A stretch of DNA of 64,000 nt from Polyangiales bacterium (GTDB lineage Bacteria; Myxococcota_A; Polyangia; Polyangiales; JADJQN01), in NCBI GenBank assembly GCA_964202905.1, contig CAXNJO010000001.1, forward strand, positions 320,001 to 384,000, read 5' to 3'. The position numbers and the translations under genes are program-made. Positions 22,660-32,882 of this stretch are shown in pieces (the first letter of the stretch is position 1; each line of letters begins with the position of its first letter). The notes below the pieces were generated by a model. It was not told the DNA's origin. It did not search any database and saw only the letters and a program-made list of their open reading frames with translations.

Positions 22660-23889
22660 CTACTGAGAAACTGGGGCCGTGCGCGCCGTGACGCGGACAC
22701 CGTCCGCGAGCCGCTCGAGCGTCTCGACTGCGAGCCGCTCGCCCGCGCGCACGCCCTCGCTCACGGTGACCGTCGCGCCGTCGGACTCGACGACGGAGAC
22801 GACGCGCTCCTCGATCGTCCCATCGGGCTTCACGACGAAGACGCGGCTCACGCCCGCCTCGCGCAGCACGGCCGCAGCCGGCACGGCGACGCCCTGCCGC
22901 GTGCCGCCGAGGTCGATGGTGGCGGTCGCGAACATGCCCGGCCGCAGCGCGCCGTCCGCGTTCGGCACGGTCGCCTCGACCGTGAGCGAGCGCGTCTCGG
23001 GGCGGACTGAAGCGCTGATGTAGCGCACGGTGCCGGTGAAGACGCGGTCGGGGAAGGCGTCGACGCGGAGCGCGACGGTCTGCCCGCGCTGCACGACGCC
23101 GACGCGCTCCTGCGGCACCGGCAGCTCGACGCGGAGCGGGTCGGTCTTCACGAGACTCACGAGGCGCATCTGCGGCGCGACGTACTCGCCGACGTCCGCG
23201 AAGCGCTCCGCGATCTCGCCCGCGAAGGGCGCCCGCACGACGGACTCGCGCACCGCCGTGCCCGCCTGCTGCAGCGCGATGCGCGCCTGCGAGAGCGCGA
23301 TGGCCGCGCCGCGCATCCCGTTGAGCGCGCTGTTGTACTGCTCGTGCGCCGCCGCCGCGCCTGCGCGCGCGCGGTCGAGCTCCGCCTGGCTCACCGCGCC
23401 CGTCTGCGCGAGCTGCTCGGCGCGGCGCAGGGACTCGCGCGCGAGGCCGTCGTTGGCGGCCGCGGCGCGGACCTCCGCGGTGTCCTCGGCGCGCACGGCG
23501 GCGCCGGGCGAGGTCACGCCGAGGCGGGCCTCGGCCTGCTGGAGCGCGGCCGTCGCGGCGGCGACCTGCAGGCGGTAGTCGACGTCGCGCAGCCGCACGA
23601 GCGGGTCGCCCTCGGCGACGATGGAGCCGCGCTCGACGAGCACCTCGACGACGCGCCCGGGCACGACGCCGGTCACGTCCGACTGCTGGTCGGCGACGAG
23701 CGGGCCGTTCACGCGCAGCGTCTGCGGCAGCGCGCGCGGCGCGGCCACGGCGACACGCACGGGTACGGAGGCCCCCTCGCCGGTGGGCCGGACCTCGCCC
23801 GGGGTGGTGGGCTTCGGGCCGCAGGCGGGGAGGGACAGCGAGACGAACAGCGCGGCGACGACGAGGGGCGAGCGACTCTCAGCAGGCAT
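22660..23889 (-). CDS. RND efflux periplasmic adaptor (MFP), lipoprotein
   Basis: 'LSLPA-C' lipobox, 'PGRVVEVLVERGSIVAEGDPLV', 'VRAPFAG', 'LRPGMFA'. Confidence 0.93.
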   Translation of the reverse strand: MPAESRSPLVVAALFVSLSLPACGPKPTTPGEVRPTGEGASVPVRVAVAAPRALPQTLRVNGPLVADQQSDVTGVVPGRVVEVLVERGSIVAEGDPLVRLRDVDYRLQVAAATAALQQAEARLGVTSPGAAVRAEDTAEVRAAAANDGLARESLRRAEQLAQTGAVSQAELDRARAGAAAAHEQYNSALNGMRGAAIALSQARIALQQAGTAVRESVVRAPFAGEIAERFADVGEYVAPQMRLVSLVKTDPLRVELPVPQERVGVVQRGQTVALRVDAFPDRVFTGTVRYISASVRPETRSLTVEATVPNADGALRPGMFATATIDLGGTRQGVAVPAAAVLREAGVSRVFVVKPDGTIEERVVSVVESDGATVTVSEGVRAGERLAVETLERLADGVRVTARTAPVSQ

Positions 23890-23942
23890 GGGCGACTCCG
23901 GGGACTCTGGACGGGCGGGCAGGACGGCGAACGAGCGGTGAC

Positions 23943-24560
23943 TCAGGTCGGGTTGCGGGCGGGATGCACGAGCAGCCCGAGGACGACGTCGACGCTCGGC
24001 ACCACGCGCGGCACGTCGAGCTCGATGAGCTGCGACATCGCGATGCCGTTCATCGTGGCGAAGAGCGCGGCGGCGAGCGCCTCGGGGTCGCCCGGGACGA
24101 GCTCGCCGCGGGCCTGCCCCTCGCGGATCGCGGTCGCCATCACGAGCAGACAGCGGCCCGCGAAGTGCTGCAAGACGTCGCGCGTGGAGGGCGGGATCGC
24201 GTCGGGATGCAGGTAGGCCTGCACGACGAGGCGGAACATCTCGGGCTCGACCGCGAGGCGCGCGAGGCGGTGCTCGATGAAGCCGCGGATGCGCGCGAGC
24301 GGGCCGCCGCCCGCGCCGGCGATGGCGTCGAGATCGGCCGAGACCCGCGCGAAGAGCTCCTCGACGAGCGCGGCGTAGATCGCCTCCTTGCTCTCGAAGT
24401 AGTGGTAGACGAGCCCGTGCGAGAGCCCGGCCGCGCGCGCGACGTCGCTGATCTTGGCGGCCGCGAGCCCCTTGCCCGCGAACACGGCGAGCGCCGCGCG
24501 GAGGATCCCCTCGCGGCGCTCGTCCTTGAGGCGCTGGTTGTCGGCGGCGGTTCGCGGCAT
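23943..24560 (-). CDS. TetR/AcrR family regulator
   Basis: 'ILRAALAVFAGKG...ISDVARAAGLSHGLVYHYFESKE'. Confidence 0.95.
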   Translation of the reverse strand: MPRTAADNQRLKDERREGILRAALAVFAGKGLAAAKISDVARAAGLSHGLVYHYFESKEAIYAALVEELFARVSADLDAIAGAGGGPLARIRGFIEHRLARLAVEPEMFRLVVQAYLHPDAIPPSTRDVLQHFAGRCLLVMATAIREGQARGELVPGDPEALAAALFATMNGIAMSQLIELDVPRVVPSVDVVLGLLVHPARNPT

Positions 24561-24577
24561 GGAGGCGAGCAGCGGTT

Positions 24578-24597
24578 GATTGACTCGCCAGTCAGTC
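24578..24597. promoter_or_regulatory. Candidate TetR operator GATTGACT-CGCC-AGTCAGTC
   Basis: Near-perfect inverted repeat (7/8) just upstream of the tetR ATG; TTGACG -35-like hexamer on the minus strand at 24617-24622. Confidence 0.65.
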
Positions 24598-24640
24598 CTA
24601 GATCCGTTCGTCGCCGCGTCAAGCGCCGCGACGGCGAGCG

Positions 24641-25405
24641 TCAGGTGTCGGGCGCGAGGGCGCGGCGCGTGCCCGCCGGATCGTTGGTGATCAAACCATC
24701 GACGCCGGCCGCGGCGAGCGCACGGACACGCGCGGGGTCGTCGACCGTCCACGGCGTCACGAGCAGCCCGGCCGCGCGCCAGCGGGCGAGGCGCGCGGGC
24801 GTGACGAGGACGTGCTCGGGGTTGATACCCTGCGTGCCGAGGAGCGGCGGCACGGCCCGCCCGAGCAGGCGCCCCTGCCGGCTGTCCTCGCAGAGAAAGA
24901 GCAGCGGCGCCGTGAGGCCCGCGCGCCGGAGCGCGACCACCATGCGCGGGTCGAAGGTGGAGACCGCGACGAGGTGGCGCACCGCGGGCGTGTGCCGCGC
25001 CAGGGTCTCCGCGACGCGGCGCGCGAGCAGGGCGCGATCGTCGCCGTCGGCCTTCACCTCGACGTTGAGCAGGCGGCCGCGGCCGGCGACGAGCGCGAGC
25101 GCGTCGTCGAGGAGCGGCACACGCTCGCCGCGACCCGCGTCGAGGCGGCGCAGCGCGGAGAGCGGCACGTCGCGGACCGCGCGCGGAACGCCTGCCGTGC
25201 GGGCGAGCGTCGGGTCGTGCAGCACGACGACCTCGCCGGACGCGCAGCGGCGCACGTCGAGCTCGACGCCGTCCGCGCCCTCGTCGAGCGCGAGGGCGAA
25301 CGCGGCGAGCGTGTTCTCCGGGGCGCGCGCGCTCGCGCCGCGGTGCCCGTACACGAGCGGCCCACCCGCCCCGCGTCGGAAGCGCTCGAGGGCGGCCGCG
25401 CTCAC
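24641..25405 (-). CDS. Glycerophosphodiester phosphodiesterase
   Basis: 'GHRGASARAPENTLAAF', 'GVELDV', 'VVLHD', 'NVEVK', 'WTVDD', 'GVDGLITNDP'; GTGA overlap. Confidence 0.93.
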   Translation of the reverse strand: MSAAALERFRRGAGGPLVYGHRGASARAPENTLAAFALALDEGADGVELDVRRCASGEVVVLHDPTLARTAGVPRAVRDVPLSALRRLDAGRGERVPLLDDALALVAGRGRLLNVEVKADGDDRALLARRVAETLARHTPAVRHLVAVSTFDPRMVVALRRAGLTAPLLFLCEDSRQGRLLGRAVPPLLGTQGINPEHVLVTPARLARWRAAGLLVTPWTVDDPARVRALAAAGVDGLITNDPAGTRRALAPDT

Positions 25406-26496
25406 GCGCCCTTCACGACGAGGCCGCGCGCCTCGAACGCGGCGCGCAGCGGAGAGCCAGGGTCGCGCAGCGCGCGGATGGTGGCCGTGTAGCCGTCCTC
25501 GAGGATCTGTCGCCGCGCAGCGAAGTTCATGGGGGAGTGCATGAACATCGTCGCATCGGTCGCGTCCGGCTCGAGCAGCACGACCTCCGTCTCCGGGTGT
25601 TCGGTGCGGAACCACGCGAGCCCCTCCCGCATCCGCGACTCGGTGCGCACGCGCCACGCCTGGCTCGAGACCCACAGCGCGCCTTTGTCGCGCACGTGCC
25701 GCATCGCGCCGTGGCCGGTGGGGATGTCGCGCGTGCCCGGGTCCGTGCGGATGGGCACGGTGGGGTTCACGACCAGCACGAGCCCGCAGCCGAGCGACGC
25801 GGCGACGTCGACGTGCGCGGCCGTGCCGTTGCCGGCCTCGACGTAGTCGCGGCCGTCGATGCGCACGGGCGCGAAGAGCAGCGGCGTCGCGGCCGAGGCG
25901 CAGATCGCGCGCGCGATCGGGACGTGCGCGAGCTCGCCGAGCCCGAAGAGCGCCCGCGCGCCGGCGTCGAGATCCGTCGCGACGAGCACGAGCGGGCGCG
26001 GCATGCCCGCGAAGTCGGCCGGGACGCCGCGCCGCAGCATGATCTCGGTGAGGAACTGCTCGAACGCATCGAGCGTGAAGATGCCCGCGGGCAGCGAGTC
26101 CCAGAAGCGGTCGAGCTCGTTCCAGACGTCGGCGTCGAGCGGCCGCGAGGTCACCGACGAGAGCAGCCGCCGCGCCGCCGCGAGGGTGCTCGACGCGACG
26201 CGGCGCCACTCCGCCCCGTCGAGGCGCAGCAGGTGCTGGCGCTGCAGCGGGAAGAACGGGTCCACCGGGTCGAGCAGCGCACGGTAGAGGCGCTGCGCGG
26301 AGTTGCCCGCCGCGAGGAAGGCGGCGACCGCCGCGCCGCTCGAGGAGCCGACGAAGGCCGTGACGTCCGCCGCGCGGAAGCCCTCGACCCCGTCCTCGAG
26401 GGCGGCGATGACTCCAACTTGATACATCGCGCCGGTGATCCCGCTGCCGGGCAGCGAGAGGCCGAGACCGCGCTGGGGCGGAGACGTATCACTCAT
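25402..26496 (-). CDS. Patatin-like phospholipase family protein
   Basis: 'LSLPGSGITG', nucleophile 'GSSSG', 'VATDLD', 'ASAATP...PVRIDGRDYVEAG'. Confidence 0.88.
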   Translation of the reverse strand: MSDTSPPQRGLGLSLPGSGITGAMYQVGVIAALEDGVEGFRAADVTAFVGSSSGAAVAAFLAAGNSAQRLYRALLDPVDPFFPLQRQHLLRLDGAEWRRVASSTLAAARRLLSSVTSRPLDADVWNELDRFWDSLPAGIFTLDAFEQFLTEIMLRRGVPADFAGMPRPLVLVATDLDAGARALFGLGELAHVPIARAICASAATPLLFAPVRIDGRDYVEAGNGTAAHVDVAASLGCGLVLVVNPTVPIRTDPGTRDIPTGHGAMRHVRDKGALWVSSQAWRVRTESRMREGLAWFRTEHPETEVVLLEPDATDATMFMHSPMNFAARRQILEDGYTATIRALRDPGSPLRAAFEARGLVVKGA

Positions 26497-27374
26497 GAAT
26501 CATCCTCGTCGTCGGCCGCGGGGGTGGTGCGCGCGAGGAGGCCGAGCGCCAGCGCGGCGACGAGGGCCGACGCTATCACGAGGCTGGGGGCGATGTGCGC
26601 GGGCCCGGCGTCCGGGGCGGCCGGCACGTTGAAGCCGCGGATCGGCAGCAGGCGTGCGGGCAGCAGGACGGGCACCGCGTTGACCCCTGCGTGCAGGGCG
26701 ATCGTCGCGACGGTCGAGCCGGTGCGGAGCGCGACGGCGCCCAGCACGAGCCCCGCGAGGAGCGCATAGGCGAGCGCGGACCACGCGCCGAGGTGCGCGA
26801 GCGCGAACAGGGCGCTCGAGGCGGCGAGCGCGGTCGCGCGGCCGTGCGTCACGCGGAGACCGCGCAGCAGCACGCCGCGGAAGAGCAGCTCCTCGCTGAG
26901 GGGCGCGACGACGACGAACGAGACGAAGGCCGCGAGCGCCACGGCGGGGGAGCCGGCGTCGAGCAGGCGCTGCTGACGCGCGAGCAGGTCGGCCGAGACG
27001 GGCGCGACGCGCTGCACGAGGTTGGCGAGCTCGGCGAGCGGCAGCTGCAGCGCAGCGCCTGCCACCAGCGCGAGCAGCGCGGCACGGACGGGCAGCGGGC
27101 GGAGGCCGAGCGTCTCGCGGAGCGGCTCGTCGTCGCGCGCGTGCAGGCGCACGGCGGCGAACAGGACGCAGGCGAAGGCCCCCGCCTGCACCAGCGCGAG
27201 GCCGAGCGCGTCGCGGGTCACCCGGTCGCGGGCGGCCTCCCACGGCAGCCCGCGCGCGAGGGACTGCAGCGCGACCGCGCCCTGCAGGAAGGCCCACGTG
27301 AGCGCGACCGAGGCGACGGTGAAGGTCACGGCGCCGAGCAGCGAGACGGAGCGCGGATCGCGCGGGGCGGCCAC
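26493..27374 (-). CDS. CPBP (type II CAAX/Abi) intramembrane glutamic endopeptidase
   Basis: 'APLSEELLFRG', 'FALAH', 'ALHAGVN'; multiple TM segments. Confidence 0.9.
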   Translation of the reverse strand: MAAPRDPRSVSLLGAVTFTVASVALTWAFLQGAVALQSLARGLPWEAARDRVTRDALGLALVQAGAFACVLFAAVRLHARDDEPLRETLGLRPLPVRAALLALVAGAALQLPLAELANLVQRVAPVSADLLARQQRLLDAGSPAVALAAFVSFVVVAPLSEELLFRGVLLRGLRVTHGRATALAASSALFALAHLGAWSALAYALLAGLVLGAVALRTGSTVATIALHAGVNAVPVLLPARLLPIRGFNVPAAPDAGPAHIAPSLVIASALVAALALGLLARTTPAADDEDDS

Positions 27375-27471
27375 GCGGCTCTCTGACGCGCGGTCCGCGG
27401 GGGCGCAACCGGCCCGCGGGCATGCGCGCCGCGCGGGTGCAGCGGTCGCGGCCTGCTATGGTCGCCGACCC

Positions 27472-30036
27472 ATGGCGCGCACTTGGATCGATCGATGGGC
27501 CGCTCCCCCCGCGCCGGATGCGGCGGTCGATCCGTCGCGCGAGGCCGCCGCGCACGAGGCCTCTCCGCGCCGCCCGCGCGGCGTTCACGCATGGCGCGGT
27601 CGCCAGGGGCGCGTCGGTGCGACGCGGGGCGTGCGTGCGGTCCGCGCGCTCGGTCGGGCGGCGCTGGTCGGGGCCTGCGTGCTCGGCGGGAGCGTGGTCG
27701 GCGGCAGCGCGCTCGGCGGCTGCGGCGGCGTCGGGATGGCGGCGCGCACGACGCCGAGCGTCGCGGCGACGGCGCCGCCCGTGCCATCCGTGGTCACGCT
27801 CGAGTCGTACGCCGAGGTGCGCCGCGCATGGGAGTCGCTCGCGACGGACGATCCCGCGCGCGCCGCGGTCCGCGAGCGGCTCGTCGCGCTCCTCGCGCGC
27901 GAGGCCGAGCCGGTGATGGAGGCGGGTGACTACGACGGCGTGGTCGATCGGCTCACGGAGATCGTGGCGCTGTTCAGCGCCGACGAGCTCGACCGCGGCC
28001 CGCTTCCGCGCGCGCTGCGGCCCCTCGCGACGTGGCTCATGGAGGAGGGCTCGACGCACGGCGACGAGGCCCGCGTCCTCGCTGCGTATTTCGTGCTGGC
28101 GCGCGCCGGCGGTCCGGACGAGGAGAGCGCGCGGTCCTACGGCGTGCTGCGGGACTGGGGGCGCGAGGCCCGCTCGCGGCTGCCCGACCCGATCGAGCGG
28201 CTCACGGGGCTCCTGAACGTCCATGTGGAGCACGCGCGGATCATCCCCGCGCGCAGCGTCCTCGACGGCCTCGCGGTCCTCTACATCGCGCACACGCAGC
28301 TCTGCCTCGAGGCGATGCGACGCAGCATGGTCGGGCTCGACGGCGGCTGGGAGCGTTGGCGGTTCTCGAGCCTGCAGGCCACGGCGATCCACCAGGCCAT
28401 CGAGCGGCTCGCCTCCGTGCACCTGCGGATCGGCGAGCTCTCCGCGGCGCTCGCGCGGATCGAGGTGTTCCGCGACGAGCCGCATCTGCAGGCCGAGTCG
28501 TTCATCCAGCAGATCGCCACCGCGCGCGAGGACAGCCCCGAAGGCAACGACGCGCTCCTCAACCTCGCGCGGTACTTCATGCCGCCTGCGCGCCGGGAGT
28601 TGTCGACGTCGCGCGCGCTGTGCCTGCTCGGGCGCAAGCGCGCGCCTGAGGACCCGCGGTTCCTGCAGTGCCTCGGCCGCATCGCCGCGCACCAGCGGCG
28701 CTTCCAGGACACGGCCGCCCACTACAGCGCGGCGCGGCGCCTCGCGCCCGGCGAGCGCGCGGTCTACGACGACGCGCTCGCGATCACGTTCGAGTCGCTC
28801 ACCGAGCTGGCCTTCGACCGCGTCACGCGCGACACGAACGCGTACGCCGGACGGATCGACCCGCCCGCTGCGCGCGCCAGCGTCGCGCGCGGCGCCGCGG
28901 ACGCCGACGCCCGTGCGCTCGACGCGCTCGCGCGGGACGCCCGGGACATGCTCGCAGAGCGCCTGCGCCGCTTCCCGTCGACCCCGCTCCGCATCCCCGC
29001 GGAGGAGCAGTATCTGACGCTCGCGAGCGCGGCGTTCGGCGTGGGCGACATCGACACCGCGCGCGCCGACCTCACGCGGAGCCTCGCGATCCGCCCGACG
29101 CTCGAGGCCGAGCAGACGCTCGCGATGCTCGAGGCGCAGCTCGGCGGCCCTTCCCGCGCCGCGGTCGGCTACCGGCGCGCGCTCGACCTGATCCGGGGCG
29201 GGGGCAACGAGCCGAGCGCGCAGCGCGGCGCGGTGCTGCTCCTGCTCGGCGACGCGCTCGCCGCCACCGGGGACGCCGCGCAGGCCGAGCGCATGTACCG
29301 CGAGGCGCTCGTCGCGTTCGCGCGGGCCGGCGAGCACCGGCGCTGGCCGCTCCGCACAGCGATGGCGCCGGCCTACATGGGCCTGCTGCACGACCGACTC
29401 GGCGCACACGCCGAAGCGGTCGAGTCCTTCCGCCGCTCGCTCGGGCGGGCGGTGCCCGACATCGACCCGTACTTCACCATCCTCACGCACCTGCTGACGA
29501 TGCCGCAGGTCGACGCGGCGCTCGGCATGGAGGTGCTCCGCGCGACGCAGGCCAACGCGGAGCTCCGCGACGAGGCGCAGGTGCAGCTCGCGCTCTGGGG
29601 CCGGCTCCTCGCCGCGCGCGCGGGTATCCCCGCCGAGCCCGCGCTCGAGGCCGTGCTGGGCTCGCTCGCGCGGACGGCGGGCTGGACGGGACGGCTCGCG
29701 AAGTTCGGCGCCGGGCGCGCGCCCTACGACGCGCTCCTCGCGGCCGCACCGGGCCCGATCGAGCAGGCCCGCACCCACTTCGCCGAGGGCGTGCGGCGGC
29801 TCGCGGCGGGCGACGAGCCGGGCGCGCGCGAGGCCTTCGCGCGGACGCTCACGCTGCGCGCGGTGGGCGCCGAGGAGTACGAGATCGCGCGGCGCCTCCT
29901 CGCGCTCCCGGTCGGGACGCTGCTCCCCACCCCCGCCGCGGCAGCGCCCGCTGCGGCAGCGCCCACCGCGGCAGCGCCCGCTGCGGCAGCGCCCACTGCG
30001 ACCACGCGCGCCGCCGGGCCGACCGTGCCCCGCTGA
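27472..30036 (+). CDS. Large TPR-like helical lipoprotein (start uncertain)
   Basis: 'GGSALGG-C' lipobox-like segment; TPR-like 'VLLLLGDALAATGDAAQAERMYREAL' and 'YMGLLHDRLGAHAEAVESFRRSL'. Confidence 0.7.
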   Translation: MARTWIDRWAAPPAPDAAVDPSREAAAHEASPRRPRGVHAWRGRQGRVGATRGVRAVRALGRAALVGACVLGGSVVGGSALGGCGGVGMAARTTPSVAATAPPVPSVVTLESYAEVRRAWESLATDDPARAAVRERLVALLAREAEPVMEAGDYDGVVDRLTEIVALFSADELDRGPLPRALRPLATWLMEEGSTHGDEARVLAAYFVLARAGGPDEESARSYGVLRDWGREARSRLPDPIERLTGLLNVHVEHARIIPARSVLDGLAVLYIAHTQLCLEAMRRSMVGLDGGWERWRFSSLQATAIHQAIERLASVHLRIGELSAALARIEVFRDEPHLQAESFIQQIATAREDSPEGNDALLNLARYFMPPARRELSTSRALCLLGRKRAPEDPRFLQCLGRIAAHQRRFQDTAAHYSAARRLAPGERAVYDDALAITFESLTELAFDRVTRDTNAYAGRIDPPAARASVARGAADADARALDALARDARDMLAERLRRFPSTPLRIPAEEQYLTLASAAFGVGDIDTARADLTRSLAIRPTLEAEQTLAMLEAQLGGPSRAAVGYRRALDLIRGGGNEPSAQRGAVLLLLGDALAATGDAAQAERMYREALVAFARAGEHRRWPLRTAMAPAYMGLLHDRLGAHAEAVESFRRSLGRAVPDIDPYFTILTHLLTMPQVDAALGMEVLRATQANAELRDEAQVQLALWGRLLAARAGIPAEPALEAVLGSLARTAGWTGRLAKFGAGRAPYDALLAAAPGPIEQARTHFAEGVRRLAAGDEPGAREAFARTLTLRAVGAEEYEIARRLLALPVGTLLPTPAAAAPAAAAPTAAAPAAAAPTATTRAAGPTVPR
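29938..29997. repeat. 15-bp tandem repeat GCGGCAGCGCCC(GCT/ACC/ACT) x4 encoding AAAP(A/T)
   Basis: Read directly at the 3' end of the TPR gene. Confidence 0.85.
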
Positions 30037-30109
30037 GCACCCGCCCGGGCGCGCAGCCCCGGCGCATCTTATCAGAATCGATACATATTGCGCTTGATGC
30101 GCGGCTATA

Positions 30110-31294
30110 TCAAAATTGATATCCGATGCGCGCGGCGCCGCCCAGCGAGACGAGCCCACCCGCCGAGGAGATGACGCTGAGCGTCGGCAGGGCGAGCTCG
30201 ACGGCGAGGCGCGGCGTGAGCCGGTAGGACGCGACCGCGGCCGCGCGCACGAGCAGGCCCGGCTCCCGTGCGCCGCTCGTGTTGAAGAAGCCGCCAACCT
30301 CGAGGCTGCCGCCGAGGTGCAGCGGGAAGGCGAAGGGGCTCGTCAGGTACGCGGCGCCGACGAAGAGTTCGAGCGCGCTCGCGACGCCGAACACGGCCTC
30401 GATTCCGCCCCTTGCCTCGAGCCCCCGCAGCAGCCCCGGGAGCCCGTACCCGACCCGCACGCCGAATTGACCGAGGAAGCCGCCGCCCGGAGAGGGCCCG
30501 GGTGGATCCGGGTACGCCATCAGTCCCGCGCCGCCGAGCGAGAGTTGGGCGAGCCACGGGTGTTCCGCGTCGTCGGCGTAGCGGGCGCGCGCCTCGAACG
30601 CCGCGGCGAGGCGGTCGCGCTCGGCCTGGGCTCGCTCGGCCTCGCGCCGCTCGAACTCGGCACGGGCCCGCGCGGCTTCGGCCTCTGCCTGCGCTTGCGC
30701 CGCCTGCTCGCGCTCGGCCTGCTCGCGCGCCGCCTGCTCGCGCTCGGCCTGTTCCAGGTCAGCCTGCGCGCGGGCCTCGCGCTCGCGCTGCTCGGCGGCG
30801 GCCGCGTCCTCGCCGCCCGTGAGCCGGAGCGCGTCCTCGCCGAGCCCTGCGGGGCGCACGAGGCACGCGAGGATGTCGCGCAGGCGCGCCTCCTGGTCCG
30901 CGTGCACGACGAGCACGTCGAGCTCCTCGACGCGGCGCACGCGCGCGTAGCCCGCGCGCAGGAGCAGGCGGTACTGGCCCTGCAGCGGGTGCACCTCGCT
31001 CACGAGCGTCCACGCCGCGCCGTTGCCCTCGGCGAGCGCGGTCAGCTCGTCCGCGGTGCGCGGGTCGCCAACCAGCGCGCCGCGCCGGATCGCGTCACCC
31101 GCGACCAGCGTGTGACCGGCCGCGCGGAGCGTCGCGGTGAGGGCCTCTTCGAAATCCTCGCGGCGCAGGTCGTCCGCGTTGCCGGCGGGCGGCAGGAGCA
31201 CGACGACGTCCGCGCGCGCGGGCGGGGCGACGAGCGCGACGAGGCACGCGGCGACGGCCGCAGCGAACGGGAGCGACCGGCGAGAGAGCGTCAT
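30110..31294 (-). CDS. Exported protein with coiled-coil linker and C-terminal beta-barrel-like domain
   Basis: Sec signal 'PPARA-D', 'EQAEREQAAREQAEREQAA' helix, alternating Gly/hydrophobic strands ending 'RIGYQF'. Confidence 0.72.
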   Translation of the reverse strand: MTLSRRSLPFAAAVAACLVALVAPPARADVVVLLPPAGNADDLRREDFEEALTATLRAAGHTLVAGDAIRRGALVGDPRTADELTALAEGNGAAWTLVSEVHPLQGQYRLLLRAGYARVRRVEELDVLVVHADQEARLRDILACLVRPAGLGEDALRLTGGEDAAAAEQREREARAQADLEQAEREQAAREQAEREQAAQAQAEAEAARARAEFERREAERAQAERDRLAAAFEARARYADDAEHPWLAQLSLGGAGLMAYPDPPGPSPGGGFLGQFGVRVGYGLPGLLRGLEARGGIEAVFGVASALELFVGAAYLTSPFAFPLHLGGSLEVGGFFNTSGAREPGLLVRAAAVASYRLTPRLAVELALPTLSVISSAGGLVSLGGAARIGYQF

Positions 31295-31326
31295 CGTGGG
31301 AGGCCTCCCCGGGGCCGCGTGAACGA

Positions 31327-31842
<516 letters not shown>

Positions 31843-31887
31843 GGGCGAGTCTTGCCGTGCGCACCCCGCCGCGGCAAGGTCGCGCGC

Positions 31888-32862
31888 GTGAAGACCTCGC
31901 TCACGGGCATCAAGCCGACGGGCACGCCGCACCTCGGCAACTTCCTCGGGGCGATCCGCCCGGCGCTCGCGCTCGCCGACGCCCACCGCTCGATCTACTT
32001 CATCGCCGACTACCACGCGCTCACCGCCTCGCACGACCCGCGCGCGCTCCGCGCGCACGTCTACGACGTCGCGGCGACGTGGCTCGCGTGCGGCCTCGAT
32101 CCGGCGCGCACGATCTTCTTCCGGCAGTCGGCGGTGCCCGAGGTCTTCGAGCTCACGTGGGTCTTCCAGTGCCTGCTCGCGACCGGGCAGCTCGAGCGCG
32201 GCCACGCCTACAAAGACGCCCTCGCGCGGGGCGAGTCGCCGAACGCGGGGCTCTTCGCGTACCCGGCGCTCATGGCCGCGGACATCATCCTCTACGACGC
32301 GGACCTCGTGCCCGTCGGCAAGGATCAGAAGCAGCACCTCGAACTCGCGCGCGACGTCGCCGTGCGCACGAACCACCTCTTCGGCGAGGGCACCGTGATC
32401 GTGCCGGAGGCGGAGATCCGCAGCGAAGTGCTCGTGCCCGGGCTCGACGGCCGCAAGATGTCGAAGAGCTACGACAACTACGTGCCGATCTTCGCGACGC
32501 AAAAAGAGCTGCGCGCGTCGATCATGAAGATCGTCACCGGCAGCGAGCCGCTCGAGGCGCCGAAAGAGCCGGACGGCACGACGGCCTTCACGCTGCTCCA
32601 GCTCGTCGCGCCGCCCGAGGTCGCCGACGACCAGGCGCGCAGGCTCCGCGCGGGCGGCCACGGCTGGGGCCACCTGAAGCAGGCGCTCTTCGAGGCGATC
32701 GACGCGGAGGTCGCGCCGCGGCGCGCGCTCTACACCGCGCTGCGCGCCGACGAGGCCGCGCTCGACCGCACGCTCGAGGCGGGCGCGTCGCAGGCGCGCG
32801 CCATCGCACAGCGCACGATGCAGCGCGTCCGCGAGCGCATCGGCATCGCGCGCCCGGCCTGA
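31888..32862 (+). CDS. trpS: Tryptophan--tRNA ligase
   Basis: '[16 protein letters not shown]', 'YPALMAADI', '[12 protein letters not shown]', 'KMSKS'. Confidence 0.96.
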   Translation: MKTSLTGIKPTGTPHLGNFLGAIRPALALADAHRSIYFIADYHALTASHDPRALRAHVYDVAATWLACGLDPARTIFFRQSAVPEVFELTWVFQCLLATGQLERGHAYKDALARGESPNAGLFAYPALMAADIILYDADLVPVGKDQKQHLELARDVAVRTNHLFGEGTVIVPEAEIRSEVLVPGLDGRKMSKSYDNYVPIFATQKELRASIMKIVTGSEPLEAPKEPDGTTAFTLLQLVAPPEVADDQARRLRAGGHGWGHLKQALFEAIDAEVAPRRALYTALRADEAALDRTLEAGASQARAIAQRTMQRVRERIGIARPA

Positions 32863-32882
32863 AGCGCGCCGCTCAGCGCGGC

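Noticed and set aside
26493..27374. CPBP protease as the dedicated myxosortase for the giant protein
   Set aside because: Same superfamily, but 7 kb away in a lipid operon; the subfamily cannot be assigned by eye
26500..30297. Long antisense or alternate-frame ORFs (also 9-1508, 19278-22649, 36621-41006, 53056-55782)
   Set aside because: Arg/Ala/Pro-rich or mirror-codon shadow ORFs caused by stop-codon scarcity at high GC; they overlap well-supported genes
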